Positions 12,951 to 26,638 of a DNA stretch of 64,000 nt are shown piece after piece. This stretch comes from Octopus vulgaris (taxonomy: Eukaryota). Both the position numbers and the translations under genes were made by a program. How positions within the stretch are numbered: the first letter of the stretch is position 1; every line of letters begins with the position of its first letter. The notes below the pieces were generated by a model. It did no database searches. It worked only from the letters and a program-made list of their open reading frames with translations, and had not been told where the DNA came from. The DNA is taken from contig OX597816.1 in the NCBI GenBank assembly GCA_951406725.2, positions 60,636,001 to 60,700,000 on the forward strand, written 5' to 3'.

Positions 12951-13775
12951 ATACTCACTTGCCACTATTTTTAATTTTAATTTTTAATTCTTATTTCAGT
13001 TCAAATTCTATTTTAACCACTTGCTGTAGCTTATTTCTAATAAGGTTTATCTCATTCTGTGTATTTTTTTATACCCACTCCAACAAATTTACATTTTTCA
13101 ATTTTTAATTTTTATTCAGTTCACCTTAAGGCTTATATATTTTCCCATTATGGTCAATCACTTTCATGCAGCATTTTTGTTATTTCGTAAAGTAATTCTC
13201 CAGTAGGCTTTGAATGTTTATGCAATGAACTGTTAATTATGAATACTTGTAAATATTTATAAGACTATTACATTGTTCTAATGACTAACAACTATCTAAT
13301 GATCTGTTACATGAAACTCTGAGTTTCAGTGTCTCAGAACCTGAAACTATGTGCCTGGAAAGAGAACTTATCAACTACTAATATATACCTGCACCAAAGA
13401 TAATCTGTATTGGTAACCAATTCTGTCTCCCACACTATGATATATAATATTTAAGTTACTCTTCATGAGGCTTATAAGACATGTCATAATTTTAGCAGGC
13501 CCTTTTCTTGAATCACCACTTGCCAGTCACTTAAACTTTGTAATTTTATTTACAAGATACAAGCTAGTTTTCTGAGACTTTGGGGTGGGGAAGTGTCCTT
13601 TATAAGCCATCAAATATAGTAGATGCTGTCTTTCTAAAAATAAAAGTATTTAGGAAAGAATTCGTGAGAAAATGTTTTCAAACTTGTTTACTTTTGGTGT
13701 TTTGTCTAAGTTATTATTCCTTGTGTTGAAACTAAACACAGATGTAATGTTTAATCATATGTTTATTTCAAATAG

Positions 13776-13819
13776 GTTGTACCACGATTTATCTCTCGAC
13801 TTCTGCAAAATAAAAAATG
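13776..13819 (+). CDS. TGDS: TGDS exon (44 nt)
   Basis: atag acceptor and gttagt donor. Encodes VVPRFISRLLQNKK(C); the phase 2 end fits the next exon. Confidence 0.88.
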
Positions 13820-16070
13820 GTTAGTTGGATTTTTCTTTTTACTTTCTTTGTCATTTAACCATCACTAAACAGTCATATGTTCAGAGGCATTCTAGCCTTG
13901 AGAATCCTGCCTTCTTACTCAATAACTACATTATCCAATGTATTGTTTGCTTTTTAAGACAGTAGGATGTGAGGGAGCATTGGATGTTATTTCTAGTCAG
14001 TTGAACAACCACTTTGAGGTGCTCACAAAAATATTTTATCCAACCCTTCATATATGTGTTAATCATACGCCTGCCAGCACAAACATGTGCAGATGCATGA
14101 TCAACATGTAGGTCCTATAGCTATTGGCCCTACACATGATAGGACCTACCAACAAAGGCCCTCTAACTATTGCTATATAAACTATTAAACAATATTCTTG
14201 AGATTTAGGTAAAAATACCCACCGGTTGGCTACAAATAAAAATTCAGGTGAAAAGTGCATGCTTTTAATTTATTCTTAGACAGCAGCCAGCCATCTTCTG
14301 CTAACAAAACCATTGGGTGCTGACACAGTAATTCATAAGTTATCAAAGGGGTGCTTATCTGGTAGTGACAGAGCAACCATCAGATACTGACACAGTGGTT
14401 CAATTAGTACCAAAAATGTAGTCATTAGGTACTATTAATGCAGTCACTATTTACTAACACAGTATTTCATCAGGTACTTCTAACATGGTCACTGGTGCTG
14501 AAATAGTCATCAGGTGCTAATACTGTTACCAGGTGCCAAAACAGAAGTTATAGGGTACTAAGAAGGTGGACATCAATTACTGCCACCACAGTCACCAGGT
14601 ACTGATACAGTAATTCATTGGGTACTGGTATAATAGACATCAAGTTCTACTAACAATCATCAGGTACTGCTAACAGTAATTCATAATATGCAGATAGAAC
14701 AGTTGCTCAACTGCTAACAAACTAGTCACCCAGTACTGACTTTGCTTGACTTAGGATTAAAAGTAATTATGAGATACCTGAAGGAGAAAGACCCATGCCC
14801 TTCTGTGTGGTAGTAAACTCCTGGCCAAATTCACAACACTAGGTCAGTTCCTAGCTCAACCATTTGACCTTATTTATAACTCATTTTTAACATTTATAAA
14901 TGTTTCAAATGAAAAGATTACTTACCATCAACAATTTATAGATATAGTTAAGTTTTTGATTTGCTATGAAGAGTATGGCAGATTCTAACATTTTAAGCCT
15001 TTTCCTTCCTTGTTTCTCTTTTCTTGTTTCTTCGACAAGGACAAGATCTGAGATATCAGACTGTGCCCTCCTCACAGCAAATACCAATCTTTACTTACTT
15101 TGAACTTTCCTATCGGACGTTTTGTTGGATTCCATATTTTACTCTATAGAAAAATAACCATTAAACATATAAGCGACAAGTGGCTTTCAGATATTGTAAT
15201 TATTGTTGAAACCCTGGTCAACTCTAATCAAAGAGATTAATACTGGTCAAGCTACAACCATCCCCATATTTTATTCAAGCATCCATATGTATCTAAAGCT
15301 ATGTCATTCAATGTGCTTTTTTCTAAGCTGACAGTGTGTGGTTTAAAGAAGATTTTGCCAGCAGGCAAACTGCACATAGAGGCCTCTTAGTTTCTCTCTA
15401 ATCAGACCCTAAAGTCTTAAAAAGTGAATGTTAGATAATGTATTACTACATATACTATGTATTGAACACTAGTGGGATGGTCACAGCTTGGATGTCCTTC
15501 AATCAAGGCTGACTTGGGTGTTAAACAACACCAACCCTTCTGGTAAACGAAATCTTTGACAGTGATCCAATGAATTATTAAAACTTAAAGAACACCTTCA
15601 ATTTCTTTATTGAAATTGTTATATCAGACCTGATTAGAAAGAGATAATCATTACTGTAGGCCAATGGTGGGAACCTGCTACCTTTGAAGCCCTTAAATGC
15701 TGTGTTCTGGAAGAAGTCAGGATTTTACATAAATCTGGGGTTTTTTTAATATATTTGCATTGTATCATATATATTTTAATATGTTTGAATTTTTAATATG
15801 TCATGAAAAGGTCAGTTTAGATTAATATTTATATTTTCATAAGTGTAATTACATTTTCCATATATTTACTAAGATTGTCTTTTTAATGTAACCTTTTATG
15901 CTTAAGTTAATGTGGCCTTTCAGACATGAAAAAAAAAAGATCCATCCTCATATTATGTATTAAGTTATCTTATAATAAATGATCAACAACTGGTGGTTAG
16001 GTAAGCAGTCAAATGAAATACTAAACTATCTAAAAGTTATCTATTTATTTTGCTCATTGTTTCTTTTCAG

Positions 16071-16236
16071 TACCATTCATGGAGATGGACAAAAAGTACG
16101 AAATTTCATCAATGTCAGTGATATTGTCAATGCCATTGACACTCTTATCCATAAAGGTAAACATGGAGAAATTTACAATATTGGCAGTGAATTTTCAATT
16201 TCCATTCTTGAGCTGGCAAAATTTCTGATAAAAAAA
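16071..16236 (+). CDS. TGDS: TGDS exon (166 nt)
   Basis: tttcag acceptor and gtaagt donor. Encodes TIHGDGQKVRNFINVSDIVNAIDTLIHKGKHGEIYNIGSEFSISILELAKFLIKK. Confidence 0.93.
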
Positions 16237-17219
16237 GTAAGTATTAATATATATGTATGTTCTTGTTATTATCTATTGTTCAATAAAAATATAGATATGA
16301 TGGCTTTTACTGATTGTGGGTATTTAAAAAGAATTGTCTTCATAGCTGGCTCTCCTTTTTACTGTCAAAGTGGAGTATGTTGTCAGCCAGGCAGACTTTG
16401 GCGAGTAGAGATTAGGTATCTTATCTAGTGACATAACACAATAGTTGTTACAAGCTTTGAACGCATGAACATGTAATCACATTAACATCCTAGCCTCTGA
16501 GCTTCATAGAAATTACTTCACTTCAAAGCAATTTTAAGCATTTATTGGAATGCTATGACATTTTAATCTAACAGTATACAAAACAGAACTTACTCAGTAG
16601 TACAGGTGCATTGATAAAATGCACACAGTACCTTTTGTAAAATGCTTAGTGAATGACCCTCAATTCTTGTTGAGGGCTTGACAACCCCTTTACATCCAAT
16701 ATTCTCTGTAAAGTGACCAGGGATATGAAATGCCTGCAAGTGTAGAAACTAAGACAAAGCTAAAATGTGATATGACCCTTTGATATGTCTAAGAGGCAAT
16801 AGGTTCAAATAAGAACTGACTCATGTCATGGAAAGTGGATGTCAAATGATAAAGATGTTGATGAAGGTGATAATATCAATTCATAATTGTTAAACCTTGT
16901 GTATATTTGGAAAACAACTGGCAAAATGACAAGCACAAGGATTGATTTGATAACATTAGTAGCCATAAAAACTTAATTAGCACAGGAATGTTGGTTGAGG
17001 ATGATAATTAAATAATAAAGGTGAGTAGAGTATTGGACAAAAATACCTGTTAATCATGGTTCTTTATTTTGTAAGTTCAAATCCTGCTAGGGTCAACTTT
17101 GCTTTTCCACCCACCAAGGACCAAAAAAAAAATAATAATATGAAGTTAATCATATAATCACCTCTATCCCCTCTACTAATATAGAGTCCAATAACTGAGT
17201 AATATTTGCTGGTGGCGAG

Positions 17220-17395
17220 TAAAGGCACCCATTACATTCTCGGAGTGGTTGGCATTAGGAAGGGCATCCAGCTATAGAAAACCATGCCAGATCAGACTGG
17301 ATTCTGGTGCAGCCTTCCAGTGTGCCAACCTGGTCAAACTGTTGAACCTATGCCAACATGGACAATGGACGTTAAATGATGATGATGATGATGAT
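17220..17395 (+). mobile_element. SINE/RTE-type 3' tail ending in (GAT)n
   Basis: ggttggcattaggaagggcatccagc...ggacgttaaatgatgatg. Related copies at ~24140, 37521-37810 (-), ~39700 and 40201-40495 (-). Confidence 0.7.
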
Positions 17396-18057
17396 TTCAA
17401 AGTCTGTAACATATCAATAAAGGAGTGTAAGATTTTTCAGTTTATGGTGTAGATTAAAAACGATCATTATTTTCATTGTCATCATCATCGTCGTCGTCTT
17501 CATCATCATCATCATCTTTATCATTATTGTCATCATCATCATCTCAGCTGTTACCACTGCTACTACTGCAGCTACTAATGATCCCAACATCAACACTAAC
17601 AAAACCCCTAGAAGAGCCAACAAGGAAGCCTCTACATGGTCACTTGACTGCTATTCCTAGCAGTCAAATGTTCTTCAAATCACACACTACAGTGTTTTTA
17701 AAAAGGACACATTAGATTATGTAATTACAGATGCACTAGGCCTGAACAAAAGCTATGATGATCAGGGCTGGAGTGCCCTTGCCCATAGGTCTGCTCAATC
17801 ATGGATAAACTGAAGTTAAATAACAACAATAAATTATACGCTTTCTCATTTTATCTTCACACATTAAATTCAGTTTTAGTCGAGGACTGATGTGGATAAA
17901 ATCTGAGAAATTAAGTGACCTATTTGTAAATGAGTAATTAATTTTTGAAACATTGCTTTTAATCGGTTAACTTGTTTTTCCATATCCTTGAAACATCAAA
18001 TGTCAAGAGTTTTTTTGTATATATTTTTATTATTGTAAATGATTTTTGAATTTTTAG

Positions 18058-18214
18058 ATTAAAAATGTTACCAGTGAAGATGCTCTCATGGAGCACATTG
18101 AATTTGTAAAAGATCGAATTTTTAATGATAATCAGTATAATATTAATTTTACCAAAGTACTTCAAACTGGATGGAAGACAAAAGAACCTTGGGAAACTGG
18201 AATTGAAAAAACAA
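18058..18214 (+). CDS. TGDS: TGDS exon (157 nt)
   Basis: ttttag acceptor and gtgagt donor. Encodes IKNVTSEDALMEHIEFVKDRIFNDNQYNINFTKVLQTGWKTKEPWETGIEKT. Confidence 0.9.
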
Positions 18215-18627
18215 GTGAGTCTTTACTCTTATTTGTTTTACATGAATTTTTTTCTTGTGTTGACGTGAATAGGATAGTTTTGCTTTGCTTTTTGTCAGAA
18301 AAATCATTTTTACATTGTTATGACACCTTTCATGCCATAAACCTCTAACCATTTTACATATTCTACACCAGCTAGATTAATTATGATTTCTACAGACAAA
18401 GGGGATTAATATCTTGGTTTTATTACTTTTCGTTTCTTTCTTCTCATTCCACTTTTTGCATCAACCTTCTTCACCTTTTTCTTCCCACTTTTTTCTCATG
18501 GACCAGTGTACTAGTTTCTTCAAATAGGTCAAACAGTAGCTCTTTTTAAATTGTGTATATTAAATGATATTTATCTTTCACTGGATAGAGTGCTCTTTTT
18601 GTTGATCCTACATATCACAGAACAATA

Positions 18628-18682
<55 letters not shown>

Positions 18683-18847
18683 CATACACACACACACACA
18701 GAGAGTTTTATAGTTTTATGCACAAGTCCATGTGAGAGGTCCTCTCTAGGTAAATAATGCAATATTCAGTGTTCTAGCAAAGCTTTCACATTAAGTTAGA
18801 CATAAAGATTACCTTTTGATATTAATCTCTTCTGTGTTGCTATTAAT

Positions 18848-18887
<40 letters not shown>

Positions 18888-19089
18888 TTCAATTAGAGGT
18901 TAATATAGCCTCATTAAGAGATAGGAATATCCAGTAATATCCAATGAATTACTGGTTCATTGCCTAGCATTTGTTGTGAATATTAATAGCCATAGAATAA
19001 TAGGTCTAAATATAAATCTTGGTTTATAAATATTCAAAAAAAATTTAGAAAATGGAGATGTAATTTATTTTCTGCAAAAATACAATATA

Positions 19090-19175
19090 TTCTCTTTACA
19101 GCTGTTTCAATTTAGCCTAAATGATTAAATTGCAATAATTAAATCATTGTATTAGGCAAAATCAGAGGGGTAGAA
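19090..19175 (-). ncRNA. Decayed hammerhead remnant
   Basis: On -, a long hairpin is followed by GAAAC-AGCT-GTA; the core is reduced to CTGA. Confidence 0.35.
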
Positions 19176-19258
19176 AAGATATACTGTTAGGTTATTAGGT
19201 GTTGTGTTTTCAAATCATCCCAGCATGATTGCTATATATATATATATATATATATGTA

Positions 19259-19291
<33 letters not shown>

Positions 19292-19293
19292 TA

Positions 19294-19324
<31 letters not shown>

Positions 19325-19495
19325 TGAGGGAATATTATTCCAAACTTACAGGGAAAAATTACTATTTTGCACACTACTTAATCATCGTTATATTTTTTAT
19401 CGTATATTTAATCTTTCTATATGTAATTTTCTAGATGGTGTAATTTAATTTTTCATTATTGAATTGATAAAAGGTGGGGTTTTTTCTAATTTATG

Positions 19496-19547
<52 letters not shown>

Positions 19548-19907
19548 CATATACATATACATATATTTCAATGATGTTCTTATTTCATGTTTTTCCATGG
19601 TTTGTTTTGATTCTCTGTTCGTGTTTAGTGCTTATCTGATGTTTGGGGATGTCAGAAGCATTGATAAGGAAATGTCAAACAATGAGAATGAGTGTTCAAA
19701 ACTGCATTCATGGATAAAATTTCTTTATTTGTGTATTAAGGCTACCATTGGCTTCATGTTAAGAAAAATGTCTTCATATCTTAACAGTTTTTCAAGCTTA
19801 TTAGATGGAAGAATTGTGTTCTCTATTTTGGATGAAAACATCTCGTGAAATGTCTTGAGGGTTCACAAAAAGTCTTGTAAAGTAAACAATAAATCAAGAG
19901 GTACTAC

Positions 19908-20180
19908 TTTTGTATGATACCTTTCAAGTGGGATAAAAATAAAAGACATTCAGCATCCCTATCCAATATAATATATACATTGAAAGAAGGAGTAGCAAAT
20001 AACTTCCACACAACATGGAGCATCATTGTTAAAGCCAGAAAATACAGAGGATAGGATACCAAATGTGATCTCTGTGTCACTGAAAAACTAAACATCATAC
20101 AGTTAACAGATAACATTTTAAATATTAGAGATGAAACCTTCTCTCCCTGCATAGACAAGCAATATTTCACACTCCAAAAC
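19908..20180 (+). mobile_element. Penelope GIY-YIG C-terminal remnant
   Basis: WSIIVKARKYRG*DTKCDLCVTEKLNII..NILNIRDE carries the CxLC..EK..I..LN.R.E signature. Confidence 0.75.
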
Positions 20181-21411
20181 TTCAAAGAAGAACCACCTCC
20201 TATGCCACCAACCCCACCAGAATAGTTTCTTTTCCTGAATGTGAACATTGAATATATACAACACACAAACTCCACACATAGAAGAAACATACCCCCTGCT
20301 GAATTCCCTTGGCATACAAACACACAAACATCACATATGCCCAGAATATAATATGATATAATATAATATAATATAATATAATATAATATAATGTAAAGAA
20401 ATTCACCATGCCAATGCAGTTTTTTCCCAAAAAGCCAAATCCAAGGGAGACGATCACTCAAAAGGTGTCATCCAATAGTAATACCCCTTGATTTGTTGTT
20501 TTCTTTATGAGACTTATTGTGAACTCCTGAGAGATTACATGAGATGTTTTGTGTTTTCATCCAAAATTGAGGCAAACACCATTCCTCCATATGATTGGCT
20601 TGAAAAATTGTTAAGATTTTAAGACATTTTTCTTGACATGAAACTAATGGTAGCCTTAATTGACAAAGAAATAAATGATTATCTTATGAACTTCGTTAGC
20701 TTGCAGCTGCTTTTGCTATAAGATACAGTGGACACACAGTTGAGTGCCTGAATAACACCTTGCTGTCACAGATTTTGATATTTTAAACTTAAGTGAAAAC
20801 TTTCAAATTTGATACATTGGTGTACATTTTGTGCTGAATCCGATTTTGTGGGTTATTTATTCAAGGAAATTTTTAGAAAAATGTTACGGAGGTTTAAAGT
20901 TTCGTCATTTTTATCTGATTAGAAAACAGGGTTTGGAAGCTAGCATTTTGTACATAATAGCTGTGTATCATAAAATGAAAGTAAACTTTACAAGATTATG
21001 TTTTAAACAAAATGAAAGCAATTGTATGTCATATGAAGAGAGAGAGGGAGATCAGCATGAGTGAGAGATAATACATATACAGAGAGAGAGTGATAAAAAG
21101 TGTGGTAAATATAGAGAGCGAGGAAAACGCTTAAAAGAGAGAGAGCTTGATGGTGACAGATAGTGACTGGGAGATTTGTCTGTCTAAAAGCTATTCCTCA
21201 CAACAAATTCTATTTTACTATTTTCATTTATGGACAACCTTCTCTTTGAGATCTAGATTTTGAAAATTACATTCGTCTTTCTTCAGGATGCATTACTTCA
21301 CAGCTTTTCAGGGCTAAACATGCATACATAGTCACATACTCTCATCTGCGTGGATCACTGGCGATTTTTTGCCTCCATCTTCCTTTTCTCTTGGACTTTC
21401 CTCCGTCTCCT

Positions 21412-21446
21412 GTTTCTGACAAAGAGCTTTGCTCGAAATGCAAAAC
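21412..21446 (+). ncRNA. Degenerate minimal hammerhead (similar to the 8172 copy)
   Basis: gttt-CTGACAA-a-gagc-ttt-gctc-GAAAT-GCA-aaac; core changes look like transitions. Confidence 0.45.
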
Positions 21447-21549
21447 TACCTTTCTTTCCTTACCTGAGCATCTGCTAATACTTTGCATGTACCCACGTCC
21501 TCACATTGTTGTTTTTTCATGTGTTTGTTCTTCATTTTTTTTATTAATC

Positions 21550-21607
<58 letters not shown>

Positions 21608-21840
21608 ATGTATATATGTATATATATTTATACTTTTTTCTGCTAAACCCTTCAAGGTGATGCCTAAGCATGGCCACAATCCAATACCTGAAACAAATAA
21701 AAGATAAAAGATAACATGAAAAAGATTTATAATATATAATTTCAAAAATATGATTCTTAAAATATAGACATATATTTTCTAAATTAATTTATGATATGGT
21801 CTATTGTTGTAATTGAATGCTTACATTTCTTCTTTTACAG

Positions 21841-21887
21841 TTGAATGGTACAAAGAGACCATCAATGACTCGATTTGGAAAAACTAA
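21841..21887 (+). CDS. TGDS: TGDS terminal coding exon
   Basis: ttttacag acceptor. Encodes (I)EWYKETINDSIWKN* and completes the conserved T(I)EWY end; phase is consistent. Confidence 0.88.
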
Positions 21888-21977
21888 AATTTAACGGAAA
21901 CAAATTGAAATTTATGGTCATTATAGGCTCACTTAGCAGAAGACTGAATTTCAGAAAAGATGAAATAACACCACATA

Positions 21978-22043
<66 letters not shown>

Positions 22044-22239
22044 TATTATTATTATTATTATTAATATTTCTGCCAAGGTCGACTTTGCCTTTCATCCTTT
22101 CAAGGTTGATAAATTATGTACCAGTGAAACATTGCGGTTGATATAGTCAACTATCCCCCTCCCCCAAATTTCAAGCCTTACTATTATTATTATTATTATT
22201 ATTGTTATTGTTGTTGTTGTTGTTGTTGTTGTTGTTATT

Positions 22240-23000
22240 GATAACAATAATAATTTCTGGAAAGTGTCACCTGTGTTCAGCCAACCGAAGAAGGTGACAC
22301 ATGTTTACTGACCATACTGCAAGAACTCTGCGGTGGACTCTTGCAGTTCCAAGCAATGATGCTTTTTGCAGTTGCTCTATCCTTATAGTCATTCCGATCT
22401 TTTTATGTCATGCTGGTAATTGGAGACTGATACTTCCAAGGGCACCAATTACTTTCGGTATCATGTCTCCTTCATTCATTGCCCACAACCTCTGTATTTT
22501 CCACTTCAATTCACCATAGCTATTAACTTTTTCTTTTCTCTTCAATCCTATTATCACCAGGACATGCTATACCAATTATCAGGCATGATTTTTTTTTGTT
22601 TTGTTTTATTTTGCTATTCTCTTCACTGCAACAATGACGGATTTCCAATGTTTAATTTGATTGTCACACTGAATCATTGCATCTCACATGCTTTTTTGCA
22701 ATCCTCATTCACAGTAACTCCGTCTGGGATTTGGTCATGCCATATCTTTGATCTTTCAAGGCCATTATCTCTACAAAGCTCCAATGGGTCATTCTTACCA
22801 CATTGTCATGTCACTTTACTACTCACGTTGTGCCAATTTCTTAGGTTCACTAACACACTGCCACACTGTTTCACTCCTCTCACCACAAATTTTGTATTTG
22901 TTACTCTCAGTTGTTTTATCCGTTCTGCAATTCACATAATTTGTCCTCAATGCTTGTTCTTCTCCTACACAAATAAGTGCTTCTTTCTCTATCTTCAAGC

Positions 23001-23045
<45 letters not shown>

Positions 23046-23068
23046 CATCGTCATCATCATTATCATTG

Positions 23069-23105
<37 letters not shown>

Positions 23106-23720
23106 TATTATTATTATTATGTTTTTTCCTTCTTTCTTCAAATTTTCTTCCATTTCTCGCCGAGTGTTTTCCATACACCTAGGGCAGAGAAGCTCATTGT
23201 ATGCATTCCCAGATTACACACACAAATTCACAGATAAAATATGTATTTAAAAATTAATAGATAAATAAATTCATGGATGGATGTTGTTTTCACAGCGATA
23301 ATGCTCTTCTCAGTACATGAGCCATTCCAGTTAATACGATTTTTTGCACTTCCTGTAGGGATGGTAAGCCTGGAATCATTTTCAAATAGGTTTCAGTACC
23401 TTTTTTTATCATTCCTAGAGATCCTACAATCACTGGTACTGTAGTCGCCTTGAGATGCCACATCTTTTCAATTTCTATTAGTAGTTCTTTATATTTACTA
23501 ATCTTGTCAAATTCTTTTGCCGCTATATTGTGATCACAAGGGATACTCATGTCAATTAATAAACACAGCTTTTTTGTCTGATCTTTTATAATAATATCCA
23601 GTTTATTAGCTTTTATAGTCTTGTCGGTCTGTACGGAGAAGTCCCAATAGAATCGACACATTTTCTCCCTCAGTCACAGCTTCAGGATGGTGTTTATACC
23701 ATTTGTCAGCGGTTTATCAT
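22240..23720 (-). mobile_element. R4/Dong-like RLE LINE fragments in (TAA)n
   Basis: WDFSVQTDKTIKANKLDIII..LIDMSIP..KISKY restriction-like endonuclease; QEQALRTN and C..C..H motifs; interleaved with (ATT)n. Confidence 0.75.
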
Positions 23721-23721
23721 C

Positions 23722-23753
<32 letters not shown>

Positions 23754-23809
23754 TGTCATTATTATCATGATTATTATTATTATTATTATTATTACTATTA
23801 TTATTATTA

Positions 23810-23852
<43 letters not shown>

Positions 23853-24269
23853 GGTGAGCTGACAGAATCATTTGTATGCTGGGAAAATGCCAAGCAACAT
23901 TTCATCCGTCCTTACGTTCAGAATTCAAATTCCACCAAGATTGACTTTGCCTTTCGTCTTTTGGGGATCAATAGAATAAGTACCAGTTGAATACTGGGAT
24001 GAATATAGTTGACTTACCAACTCACCTGAACTTGTGCCAATATTTGAAACCATTATTATTATTATTATTATTATTGTTGTTGTTGTTGTCGTCCTCGCTA
24101 CCACTACCGCCGTTGTCATCATCATTGTTATTATTAAACATTGCCAGATAAGACTGGAGCCTGGTGCAGCCTTCTGGCTTCCCAGATCCCCGGTCGAACC
24201 GTCCAACCCATGCTAGCATGGAGAACGGACGTTAAACGATGATGATGATGATGATGATTGTTATTATAC

Positions 24270-25050
24270 ATACAACAGATTAGACTGTTGGAAAGCAAAA
24301 AATCTTAACATCATGCTACAAGTAGCCTTAGATGCCAAGAACTCTCCTAAGTATCCTAGCTGTCCCTAATAACACTGTTTTCTGCAGCAGCTGCACTAAA
24401 CTGGGTTTTATGCTTATTTCTTCTATCCTTCTGTTCAGATCTTTAGGGATAGTTCCCAATGCACCTATAACAACTGGGATATTATCCACACTTTTTATAG
24501 TCTCTGTAATTCAATAGCCAGGGCCTGGTACGTAGCTATTTTTCTATACTCCTCATATTAATGTTTACATCATTTGGGACTGTAAAGTCAATTATCTGGC
24601 ACTTTCTATTCTCTTTATCTACTACTACCAAATCAGGCCTTCTAGTTTCTATTACTCTGTCAGTCTGAATGTTAAAGTCCCACAACATGTTATATTTCTT
24701 ACTTTCTAGTACTTTACTAAGTTCATGTTCATACCATTTATCAGTATGTTCAAATCCTAGCTTTCTACATAGCTCCCAGTAGATTACTCTCCCTAGATTG
24801 TCATGTCTTTTCTTGCATTCTTTCTCTACCGGCATACTACATTCACTTACTGTGTGAGTAACACCTTCCACTTTTGATTTGCATAATCTACACTGGGAAT
24901 CTACTTGGTTTTTGTCTATCTTGACGTTTATCCAATTAGTCCTTAATGCTTGATCTTGTGCAGCTACAAACAAACTTTCTGTTTCCCTCTTCAGCTTCCC
25001 TTTCTGCAACCACACATCGCTACTACTATTTCCAGCAATATTCTTATTCT
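24270..25050 (-). mobile_element. R4/Dong-like RLE LINE fragment
   Basis: ETESLFVAAQDQALRT..CRLC..H..C..RHD..WDFNIQTD..RPDLVV. Confidence 0.8.
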
Positions 25051-25084
25051 TAGTCTTCTTATTCTTCTTCTTATTATTATTATT

Positions 25085-25200
25085 GTAAAAGTCAGGCTTA
25101 TGATCTTTCAGAGAAATGAATGCCTTTCTCTTAGCAAGACATTCAGTTCTTTTATCTATATTAAACTTATTTGTGAGAGTTTTAACCTTCATGTTTATAG
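25085..25200 (-). mobile_element. Penelope RT N-terminal fragment
   Basis: LAKRKAFISLKDHKPDF motif. Confidence 0.5.
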
Positions 25201-25719
25201 CATTGTAAGTATCAGCATTAGAATTCTGTGATTATTTATGTGATACATTATAGAGATTGTAACACTCGCCACGAGCACCTGACTACAAATGCCACCAACC
25301 ATCCTATGCATACAGCAACACACTGCTGGGCACTGTTCAAATGTATGGTTGAGCCTTAACTGACATAGTCATTTATAAGTATTTATATCATCAATATTTA
25401 ATAAAGAATCTGTAAAAGAAGTGGAAATTTTTCATATAACACTCCTTTTCTTGTATCTTGGGCTGTAGTGTTTACACTCTTTGTCTTTTGATTTTATCTA
25501 TATGACAACAACGAAAAATATTTTCCATTAGCAGAAGTTAAACAATTGTATATCAGTGTCTATGTTTATTTTGGAAAAGAATAGTAAATGTAAAAACAAA
25601 AAAAACAATTTGGTAAAAATAAGACAAATTAAAATTTCACAATAGAAATTATATTTTAAAAAACTGTAAATCTCTAAAAAAGAAAAAAAAAGTCATGATC
25701 AGTAAAAACAGTCAAATCC

Positions 25720-26290
25720 ATTTTATTCATCTTCAAATCCTGGGAGAACTTATTGCTGAATTCACCATCAAGCTCTAAATTATTATGGCAGAAACCATCA
25801 TTACTGTCAATTCCATACAAGTTGTTTTCAGTGCCACCCAAAGCATTAGTGATAACACATTTTTTAAAAGACTTAACTAGAACCTCAGTTATAATGTCAG
25901 ACCAGGTTTTCAGTATCCATTCACACACTTTAAATATTGATAAGCATTTCATTCTTCCAGTTGGTAACAAGTCATGATGTCCCTCTGGCATCAATTTATT
26001 CTATTGCTCCCTCATGTAATTCTTAAAGGACTTATTAATGTTGACATCCAGTAGCTGTAACTGGGATGTCAGACCACCAGAAAGTACTGCCAGCTGTGTG
26101 TTTATCCTCTTTGCTAGCATTTTGATGTTTTCAGATTAGTGAACATTAAATTAATCCCATAGGAGCAGTGATATTTTTCATAGCAAGCCACCAAAATGCT
26201 TGGACCTCACTTTTTCTAACCATACATCTCCTTCATTCTTCTAACACATAGGTCAAACAATGACATGAATTCCATTTGGTAGTTTTGTTT
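25720..26290 (-). mobile_element. pogo/Tigger DDE transposase remnant
   Basis: GGLTSQLQLLDVNINKSFK...WILKTWSDI..KSFKKCVITNAL. Confidence 0.75.
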
Positions 26291-26396
26291 GTTTTCCCAT
26301 TGGCACAAGCTAAAACTGTTGTAGTGAGTCTTTTTAGTCTATTGGCTTTAACAGTCCCTGATTTCATTCATTTTAACATTTATACAAGAAAATTCT

Positions 26397-26638
26397 ATAC
26401 ATTATTTACAATTCACGGATATTTGTCCTCATCTTGTTTGTTGTTAACATAACGTTTCGGCTGATATACCCTCCAGCCTTCATCAGGTGTCTTGAGGAAA
26501 TTTCGAACCTAATGAAGGCTGGAGGGTATATCAGCCGAAACATTATGTTAACAACAAACAAGATGAGGACAAATATCCGTTGAATGTAAATAATGTACAT
26601 AATGTACATAATTCCTCATCTCTTAAATATAGAACTGT
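26397..26638. mobile_element. Palindromic HHR-containing insertion (5'-truncated copy of the 53614-55784 family)
   Basis: Inverted arms 26398-26597. HHR on - at 26446-26491: gacac-CTGATGA-a-ggctg..cagcc-GAAAC-GTT. Candidate TSD aagaaaattct. Confidence 0.8.

Noticed and set aside
2577-21887. TGDS as a horizontally acquired bacterial rmlB
   Set aside because: Multiple spliceosomal introns and a metazoan TGDS-like sequence indicate vertical inheritance.
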